44,438 nucleotides of DNA, taken from positions 186,001 through 230,438 of the forward strand of contig JAYWIR010000098.1 of assembly GCA_036172245.1 (NCBI GenBank), in the 5' to 3' direction. A program made the position numbers and the translations under genes. Shown here in pieces: positions 35,601 through 44,438 of this stretch. Numbering within the stretch: position 1 is the first letter of the stretch; every line of letters starts with the position of its first letter. The DNA is from Raillietiella orientalis (lineage: Eukaryota). The notes below the pieces were generated by a model. The model was not told the DNA's origin. It worked only from the letters and a program-made list of their open reading frames with translations, and searched no databases.

Positions 35601-36129
35601 ATCCTGATAAATATCGAAAGTGCTCACATCACTCCATAGGAATGTTGCTCGTTTAGTATATAAGAGTATTAATTTCGGTAAAAAATCACTGGTATTCGTG
35701 GCTTCCAAACCTCTATACATCAAGCTTCTTAAGAAAACTCTTTCATAATGATGGAAACCACGCAAGTCAAGAAATGACACTTCCACATTCTTGTTCTCTT
35801 GTGCCTCTATTTTTGTTTCCAATAACTACGTCAGAAAGCACCAATTGTCATCATGCGTAGGATCAGATGAAATGATCTTTTTCCTAGTGTTTTTATACGG
35901 AGTGTTTCGCTAGTAAAGCAAAAGCTGGTTTGTAAAAAAGACCTCAGTTTCGTTTCGAAAAAAGTGGCACTTGCGTTTCCCAGTAGCTCGACACTCTCGC
36001 AGCACCCCCACACGCACCATTCCGAAAATGTTCCTTGCTGAGTAGAGCGCTTTTTTTTTCTTTTGCCAAGCAAATCCTCCGTCAGCAGCAGGAGAGCTTG
36101 CTAGCACGACGTGCATCAGCGCACATCCA

Positions 36130-37400
36130 ATAGCGTTCTGCTGCGCGAGCAGCCCGTCAGCAGGGCTACCCGACTTGACAATGTGATCACGCGGCGCGGG
36201 GATGATCACCACTTGTCGGTGACGTAAGGCGATCGCCCCGCCTGAGCAAACAGTCCCTTGCAAGGGTACACGAGCCAACACGGACTTCTTGTATATGTTT
36301 TTTATGGTGAAGCAGCCGATATGGAAGCAGCGAGCCCGAGAAAAAAAGCCCTGACACTAGGAGCCGAAGAACAGCCAAGGATGGGGAACCGTTTCGAAAC
36401 GTGTCGGAGAGAAGAGACGTTGGCGAACACTCCAAACTTAACTAGAGCAGCTTAAGTCGGAATTTGGCTCTGAGAACAGTCGCATGCTTTGCTCAACTTG
36501 TTCTTTCATTCGCGCGTGAGGACGGTGGACCTGCTGGCGCCTATGCCGAGGTATGCTTCAAGTAAAAACTGCGTTTCCGAGTTCAGGCGCTTTTTTGGAT
36601 GGACGAGCACAGGCGGGCTCAAGGAGACAACGTGGTCTTCGGTAAAAAGAACAAACGGAGGATTTGCCACATTCCAACGTCAATTACCTTTTGATGTCAA
36701 CTCTCCATTCGTTCACTATTGCATCGTCCACAAAGCAATGGAAGCGATAGAAAATAGCACTCGTGTTGTAAACCGACTCTTGTCGAACGAACATCGCACT
36801 CTCTATCCACGCAAACACCAGCACTATGCTGGGAGCGAACTTTTAAAGGAATGCATCGTATCTCCGTACAGGAACATTCACCAAACGACGGTCAATCAGA
36901 CACGCTGTTGTCGCGTATATCAGGCGCTACCAGGATGCCCTGAACCTTTGCTCTGACAGCGATGGCAAGCGATGTACCTCGCTGCGGATCTGCTTACAAG
37001 GGGATGAAGATTCCACTTCTCCGTTTAGCTTGCATCTTTTAAAGAGCCTCGTGTAGGAAACTACAATATTTGCGTCGAGTTCGCAGGCCAGTATAAGGTC
37101 CATCGCTACACTTGCCAGTCCACTGTTTCATAGGGAATTTCCTCCATGTGCTGAATCCAAGAACTCTTCCTTACACATGTCCTCAGCGCTTCCCACGCTT
37201 CACTGTCATAAATGTCCATGCGGTCGTTTTCTCGTTTGCACGACCTTACTTTCGCCTGCAACGTCAACTAGTAGTGCTCTTAGGAGGAAGTGTCTCGTTG
37301 CGTGCACAGCGCAGGCCCCACGCTTGCATCTGGCAGTGCTGACACCTCCTTGTTCCCAAGAAGAGTATCCTGGAATGGGGATCACTACAGCTACTCCTGA
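36130..37400 (+). mobile_element. Very degraded LINE ORF2 remnant
   Basis: Isolated motif traces: IAPPEQT..ANTDF (~36230-36290, cf. ISPEQTY..ANLFF) and RVRTVDLLAP (~36511, cf. RVRLKDLCAP); higher GC than the flank. Confidence 0.4.
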
Positions 37401-37614
37401 AACAGCATTGCGGAAGGCGTGAAGAAAAATTGGCACGTGCATTGATCCCAATTGTCCCGCAAGAATTTTGCCGTGCCGATTGCCAAAATGGTAAACAGCC
37501 TGTTTCCTCTTCAGCTTCTTCCTAAAAGCGCTCTTTCCGCTTTTTTCGTCAATGACTATCCTTACGGATGCACTTGGCTCCCCATCTCACGCCATTCTTT
37601 CGCGTGTAACATCA

Positions 37615-38081
37615 AGCTTGTAAATACCATCTCTCGTTACGCACGCTTTCACCAAACGCGGCAGGCAGCAGGTTCATAGGGAACTCGTCGCAAAACTCCC
37701 GCACCGAGCGTTTTAGCGGTCCCAGTCCTGAAGCGTCTGCAAGCTGAAACCTCGTATGAATCCGCGGAGATGATCCGCGGCTTCCGGAATTTTTAGCCAG
37801 TTCTCCGTCAAGTGCCACGGAGATGACGGGGGCCCCTATCGCGTGGGCGCACCTCAAGTACGATCCGGTCATTGTCCGACAATTCCGACGGTAACTTGCC
37901 GTGCCTGCCCACGCGTCAGCTTAGGTGATTGTCAAGGCACACGTGATCTATGCTGTTGGCCATTTCCTGATCTCCCGCGAACAGGTTGCGCGTGTGCATC
38001 TCTGCGCACAGTTCGAGGGACAGTCTGGAGCGACAGTTCTGCTAAACGACCAGAACCGGAAATGCTCGGCTCCAGCCGACG
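37615..38081. mobile_element. Inverted LINE fragment: APE C-end and linker on minus (37615-~38014) joined to the next linker segment on plus (~38015-38081)
   Basis: Minus: ELCAEMHTRNL..SIDHV..GKLPSELSDN..SVREFCDEFP..RNERWYLQA. Plus: GQSGATVLLNDQNRKCSAPADV. Confidence 0.8.
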
Positions 38082-41071
38082 TTTGCCACCCGGATATACC
38101 GGGGCATTTATTATTCTAATATTTTACAAAAATTAGATAATAAAGTCTTTCAAAAGTTAAATGTGGGAAACACTTGGTTTTCCCACCTTGGTTGACGTGT
38201 CTGTTGCCGGTGCATAGACCGGTTAGGTCCATTCCCGAGGCTCATCGAAAGGGAAAACTAGAACAAAAACAAACAAAAAGAGAGATAACGGGGAGGGAAA
38301 CATTTGAATGGGGAGAGCGGAGGGGCAAGGAAGGGATCACTGGGCGCCTGGGTCGGTCCTCCGTATCCTGTTGAGGATGCAGTCAAGTTCAGTTTTTATT
38401 GTGAGAGGTAGACGCCACCTTGTCGCCGTCTCTAAAGAGATCGTCGTCCAGCGGATGGCGTCCCTGCATCTCGGGCCTCTCCTTCTGGCGTGCCACCTTT
38501 GCACAATGCCGCGCACGCAGCAGAGGACTGCTAGAGACGCAGCGGGGCGCAGGCCGTCACGCAGAAAGAGGCGACGGTAAATTTCCTTAGGGTCGCCTAC
38601 TGGAAGATGAAGGATTGGGGCGATTCTACTCCAGAGTCCATCCAGGGCGACACACTCGAGGGTGAGATGCAGAAAGGTTTCTCTTTCTCCGCACTCGACA
38701 CAGCGGGCATCCACATTCCCCAGAGTCCAGTGAGACAGGCGTGCTCTGCTTAACAGTCCCCAGTGCAGAAATAGCAACGTCGTCTCCTGCCACTTCAACG
38801 GAAGTGTGCCGCAATCCCTACACGCTGGGAGCCACTTCACCTCCTCCGGAGGTATTGCGAGCAGCTCTCCCCAGCGCGGAAGTCCGTGAGGCGGGACGTT
38901 CGGGGTGGCAACGTCCGTGAGCTCTCGAGTCGTCCACACCATTAAAGGTTTTTTCCTGCCTCGGATCAGGCAGGACACTTCCCACGATGCCCGCCCGTTA
39001 ATGCTCCTAGTATTTTTAAGGGAGGAAGGAACGGGGGCAAGGGGGCTGAAGGAAGCCCACAGAAACTTCCCGGGCGTGTTGATAATATCCTGCAGCCGCT
39101 GTCGAGCGTACGGTCCTCGTCGTAGGCAGTTGTATTCCGCCTCGCTCGTGCCCTTGATCTTAGCCCACGCGGAAGCTGACTCCTGAAGCCACGCAGTGCA
39201 GTACGCGGGGATGCAGGAGATTTAGGTATTCTCCCTCATCAGGGCGACCATCTGGCGCAAATCGGGGCCACAGTTGGAGAGGCTTCGCTGGTAGGCCACG
39301 AGGATCGAGGACAATCATTCGCAGCCGGTCGCTCTACTGGCAAGGAGCCGTGCCGGATCGCACCATGATGTCATCCATAAGCTAGCCGCAAGGGCTAGCT
39401 TTCGAATTGTTGTTTGAAGTTGGATGCGCTCCAACGTAAGGAGGCCCAAGCCACCATCCCTGCGTGGAGCGCACAAGTCTTTCAATCGGACTCGCGACCT
39501 CGCTGTGCCCCAAAGGGCAGTCCTCGAGTGTGCTTTGGTCCGTCTCCGTATGATGGAAGGGGCGGGGCAAACAAAAAGTAAGGGGCGAAGGAGGGGGGCC
39601 GCGAACGCGTTCCACACCGCGGCCCGCACCTGCAAGAAAAACTTGCCGTTCCGCAACGGGCCCATCGCCAACTCCACCTTTTGGAGACGGTCGGACCAGG
39701 ATTCTGCAACGCAGAAGTCCGCCAACGGAACGCCAAGGTACTTCAAGCACCTGCCCGTGGGGATCCCCAAGCGGATCCAGTCCGGCCGTCAAGCCCACGC
39801 CGTATTGTTGAAAAGTAGTGGTGATGTTGTTACGATGGAAGATTTCTCTGTGTTCACCTCGAGGCACGTCCCGCGGCGCAGCAACTCAAAGAAATCTTCG
39901 AGCGCCGACGCCGGAGTGGACCAGGGGAGCAAGAGCAGAAGGTCGTCGGCGTAGGCCGACACGCCAGGCGTGCTGGGACACGAGCTTGGCAGGGTTGCCA
40001 AAGTCTCCCTGTATGCCCTCAGCACCAGCTCGAAGTAGATGCTGAAGAGCAAGGGGCTCAGACTGTCACCCTGCCTTATGCCACGCCGGACCGGCACGCC
40101 GTACACGTGCCGGCCGCTAGAAGAGGTGTTTATTAGAGCGAAGCGCCAGCAGGAGCGCAGGTAAGCCCGGAAGACGGCCGGGAATCCCAAGCGTTCCAGG
40201 AGCTCCAGAAGCAGATCCTGGTCGACGCAATCGAACGCTTTACGCAGATCGACTGCGACCGCAAGGGCACCGGGCGCGGCTCCCCCATGAAGGGCGTCCC
40301 CTCCCTGGTCAGAGGAGAATCCAGGATTCTCTTCGCCTCCCTGGTCTTCGCTTTGTTGCAACTGCCACCATGTACTGGAGAGGAACAGGTTAGCCTCCAT
40401 GCTTCGTACGGGAACAGCGTATGTCTGCTCCGGACTCACCACGGATTCCGCCACCTGTCCCAGTCGCTCAGCTCAAAGCTTGGCAAGCAGCTTCGCATCC
40501 GCATTCACTACTGTGATGGGGCGCCAGTTGCCTACGTTGCGATTGTCTCCTCCTTTCGTCAGGAGACGTACTCTAGCTGACCGGAACAATTTGGGGACGT
40601 CCTCTTGTACTCGGATCAGCATGCATAGCCGATGCACCAGAAGGGCCAGTTCCGCCACGAAACCTTGGTAGAACTCCGGGGCAGACCGTCTTCCTTTGCT
40701 TCTTTCCTCTTTCGGAGCTTTCCGATGGCGAAGACGATCTCCGCAGTCGAGAAAGGCTCCTCGAGTTGATGTGCCTGCTCCTGCTGCAGCGCGGGGGCTT
40801 ATTGCGGCAGCGAGCGCTGCGCCACGGCGTTCTCTGTTGTTCTACGCGCGTACAAGGAGGAGTAATAGTCCCGCAGGATGCGATTTATTTTTGCCGGAGC
40901 TGAGCATTCTTGGCCTTGGGCGTCCAGCAAGCTGGCCGAACCGGATTGCCAGGTCTGTCGCTCAGCCCCAGCTTTATACTCCGCCAAGCGTCGAACGTCG
41001 GGAGTCCTAGAGTAAAGACGGGCGTGGTGGTATGCCCGGTCGTTCCTCAGCAATTGGCCGAATCCCCGCTG
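38082..41071 (-). mobile_element. 3' two-thirds of a LINE (linker, RT, C-terminal finger, 3' UTR), disrupted
   Basis: ORFs 40799-41155, 40473-40658 (NWRPITV), 39789-40454 (DLRKAFD, RQGDSLSP, AYADDL), 39315-39770 and 38337-38978 (CVECGERETFLHLTLEC); AATAAA on minus at 38107-38112. Confidence 0.93.
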
Positions 41072-41167
41072 TGGAGAGCGGACGTGCTTTTCCTGCGCTC
41101 CGCCTGCGTGGCAAAGCGAGTGTTTTTTCTTCTTGAGTGATTTGTGCGTGCACATCGTCGGTGTCCG

Positions 41168-42987
41168 ATGGCAGCGTTACCAGAGGACACAGCGATGGAA
41201 GTAGGCGTGATAAAGGCTTGTTCGTCCCCACAGCCTACTGGATTAGGGGCATCCCCCCCGGAATCGTTCCCGGCGACGCCGAGGTCATGGAGCGCCATGA
41301 TGGCCGCGCCTAGCGTGGAAGCCATGGCCGAGATGGAAGCCTACAAGAAAGCGGGGTATAAACCCTCGCTAGTCTACAAGGTAGGCAACCTTTTCGATGG
41401 GCGAACTGCACGCGCCTTTACGAAGGCGCTGCAGAACGCCAATATTTTCGAAAAAGATCTCGACGGCCTCTGCGTCCTCAGCGGCGGGCAGCGGGTCGAG
41501 GTGGTATGCAAGGATATCACCTTGGCCCGACATGTGATCACCGACCCGCTAATCGTTGATGGTCGGAAGATCTTGCCGATAATGATTGACCGCTCGGTGG
41601 TGGTCCATCTCACTGGGATCTCCAGTCGAATGACTAGGTCAGCGGTTCGAGAACAACTACAAAAGAACGGAGAAAAGCACGCGTTGTGGCCGAAGTCCAC
41701 GATTTTCCAAGGCTACAATAGCCTTTTCGGAGGTCAAGCTGCGACGCGTATCAAAGTAAAAGAGGGTGGTGCGCTTCCCCACAAGCTGGAGGTCTGCCAA
41801 GAAGCGGTGGACCTCTGGTACGTAAGGGAACGCCAATTTTGTGGCTACTGCAATGCAGTAGGGCATCTACGAAAAAGGTGCCCGAACATTGTGTGCCACC
41901 TATGTGCCGAAAAGGGTCACGTTCGGCGCGTGTGCCCCAAGCGCCCCACCCCGGTGCCCCCTGCCGCCAAAAAGGCGAAGGGAAAAGGTGGATAGCTGGT
42001 AGAAAGACCAGCTCGCGAAAATGGTCGTTCCCAACTGCCATCCTCCCTTCCTCCCGTACAGACGTCGGAAGAAAGAACTCCCGTGAACGCGGAAATTGAG
42101 GAGGGTTGGCAGCTGGTTCAGGCCAAAAAGAAAGAAAAAAAGAAATTAATGCCAGAAGGAAAGTGTGAGAAGAAAACTGCCGGCAACAAGAAAAAAGCCG
42201 CGCCGCTTTCAAAAGAAAAGCAGCTCCGCGAATGCTCGGTGGCACTCGAACGCTTAGCCGTTCCTGCCGAGTCCGCCCGCGGCAATGTTCGCGGAACAGC
42301 TGATGCGGACGCGATGAATACTCGCGTGGACGAGCCCATTCTAAGTTTAGAGGGTGAAACGCGAGACTCGCGCGCCGACAGCCAGGACGCCGCTCTCGAT
42401 AAGGTCGCGGAGCAGCCCGCGGCAACGGTCACCGCTGGCGAAGACGCGACCTTCGAGAAAGCGGCGGAGGAGCTCGCAGCAACGCTCGCCAAGCGCGAAA
42501 CCCCGTCGCGCATGGGCGTACGTAGGTCGGCTCCGACGAAGAAGGCCCCCGCAGGTGAGTGCGACCTGGGGGCCGGAAGCGGATCCTCCTCCTCGGGGGC
42601 ACCCCCAGGAAGTCGGGACGCAAGTCCCAGAAACCCAGGAGGCGCCTCCCCTCCACCAGCGAGGAAGAGAAACCGGAAGGAAGCGGCAGCGTGGGAATCC
42701 CGGAGGCGGAATACCCACGCCCGGAAGCCGTCGAGTCGGCCACCCCCATGGAGGAGGGTGAGCAGCGGGGTGAAGTCCTCCCTGCAGTCGCGAAACCTGA
42801 GCAGCCCGAACCCATGGAGGAGGGCGAACAGGTAGGCGCGACTCCACCTGCGGGTGATCCGTCCGACGCGCCGGCACCGATGGAGGAGGAGGAACAGGTG
42901 CCTTCAGTACCTGTCCTTCCTCCCCCTCCACCTGGCGTCCCGCCCCAGCAGGTGGCGGACGCCGCATCGCCGTTTTCCCAGGACTAA
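41168..42987 (+). pseudogene. Type-A ORF1 with two CCHC knuckles, broken after the knuckles
   Basis: CGYCNAVGHLRKRC and CHLCAEKGHVRRVC in ORF 41144-41995; continues in ORFs 42083-42835 and 42559-42987. Confidence 0.88.
42748..42945 (+). repeat. Three ~66-bp (22-codon) tandem units encoding MEE(G/E)EQ in the type-A ORF1 C-terminus
   Basis: ATGGAGGAG at 42748, 42814 and 42880; equivalent triplets at ~19908-20060 and on minus at 26020, 25954 and 25888. Confidence 0.8.
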
Positions 42988-43453
42988 CACCTGGGCTCGC
43001 CAGTCGCCGTCGGATTCGAGCAGCCTGTTGGAACGTCAACGGGTTGCGCGACGACGGCAACAGGCGAGATACGGCCGAAACCCTGCGTGAGCTCGACCTG
43101 GCGCTGCTGCAGGAGATCCATGTGATCACCGTAACAAACGCCCAGGAGATGGAGACGATCGCGGGGGGTCGGTTGTATTGGCGATGCGGCCTCCGCAACA
43201 CCTGCTGGGTCGCGTTCTTCGTGAAGCCGGCCATCGAGGCTGCCGTAAACGGCGTGCGGTTTGATGACGACGGTCGGATCGGTCAGCTGATTCTCAGCTG
43301 GTCCGACTCGATCGACCTAATCGCACAAACGTGTATGGCCCCAGCGGCAAACAGGGGTACCGCGACCGCACCAGGCTGCTGGAAACCCTGAAGCGCGACT
43401 GGCTGGCGGATACCAATGTGCGAAAGGCTCACTTGATAGCGGGAGACTTCAAT

Positions 43454-44438
43454 CGAGTGCGGACGTGTTTTTCTTCGCTCTCGTCTCCGTGCTTTCATCC
43501 GCTCCATCTTGGCGTCGTACATTTTGACGACGATGTCGACCTAACCCGAAGCTACTGAAGTTGGACGAACAGCATCCGGATCTGCAATCGCGGAACCGAC
43601 GGCCGCCTCCACTTCGTCTTTCTCGCCAATGGAGAGGAGTTTCGCTGACGTTCCTGCCACAGCAGCCGTCATAGGGAAACCACTCGACGAGTCCGAGTTG
43701 CGGGCATACGTAGCCCAAGGCTATAGACCTGCTCTCCGATATAGGGTGAGTGGTTTTCTTTCTGCGCGCGACGAGAATCAATTCAACGATGAACTGACCC
43801 GTGTTGGCGTGCGGGAGGAGGACCTTCTCGCCATTATGCCCCTAATAGACATGGGCTATTCCAAGGTGCGTTGCAAAGACGCTGCACTTGTGCAACGCTT
43901 GCTGCGCACCCCGTTGTCGATCCGTGGCCAGAAGGTCTTCCCGGCCGGCATGGACGACTCATTTGTGGCGGAGATTTTTGACATCAAGTCGAAAATCTCC
44001 GATATTGATATTCGGAACGCGTTGGCGAAATTCGCCGCGGTCCGTGCGCTGTGGAGGGTGCGTAGCAACCTCAAGGACTTCCCGTCCATACACAGCGGAG
44101 TCGCTGGAGTTCGGCTTACAATGCCGGACCGCCGTCTGCTGCCCACCAAACTACAGGTGAAAGACACGGTCGTTCACCTGTGGTTCGTGGGCAAAGTAAG
44201 AACGTGCGAGCAATGCGGGAAGGAGGGGCATTGTTTGGATAAATGCCCCTCTGGAAAGTGCCGCTATTGCAAACTATCCGGGCACCAATTGAAAAATTGC
44301 CCGGATTTTTTGCGAAAAAAGGCTGCCGCGGAGCTCCATTTTAAAAAACAAAGCGCGGATAAAAAGAAAAAATCTGCGAAAAACCTGCAGACCCCACGGC
44401 AGAAATTCCGAAAAAACGCAAGGCGGAATGTCGCCCCA
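43454..44438 (+). mobile_element. 5' end of a second type-B LINE (ORF1 with TAA at codon 4; runs off the window)
   Basis: Near-identical to 20611-21595; ATG 43533, TAA 43542-43544; same two knuckles. Confidence 0.9.

Larger units (their letters stand above)
41072..43453 (+). mobile_element. 5' half of a type-A LINE (5' UTR, ORF1, APE up to GDFN)
   Basis: GAGCGGACGTG at 41076; ORF1 segments; APE WNVNG, LQE, HLIAGDFN followed by a type-B 5' end. Confidence 0.92.

Noticed and set aside
35583..35822. Minus-strand peptide (NVEV..WKP..FLWSD) loosely like DUF1647-type proteins
   Set aside because: Needs frameshifts and rests on a few residues; not supportable without a search.

Overview
Eukaryotic, probably metazoan, DNA dominated by a dense nested cluster of GC-rich non-LTR retrotransposons of the L1/Tx1 clade (ORF1 with two CCHC knuckles; ORF2 with APE endonuclease, reverse transcriptase and a C-terminal CCHC finger). 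About 20 fragments fill 1-28 kb and 36-44.4 kb. An AT-rich block (~28-36 kb) holds a Buster/Charlie-type hAT transposase remnant and possibly decayed host-gene sequence. No element is fully intact. Two ORF1 types (called A and B here) occur. The most notable signal is apparent site-specific targeting of one LINE into another. Type-B 5' ends sit at the identical nucleotide (APE 'GDFN' codons) of two independently diverged type-A copies. Three junctions map antisense to the same 'LPxGFG' codons of the ORF2 linker. Other findings: a conserved AATAAA + stem-loop + short A-tail 3' end, a shared DPE-like GCGGACGTG 5' motif, an ORF1/ORF2 stop-start overlap in which type A has ACA instead of ATG, and a twin-priming-like inversion. 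All homologies were judged by eye; element boundaries are approximate unless exact junction sequence is quoted.
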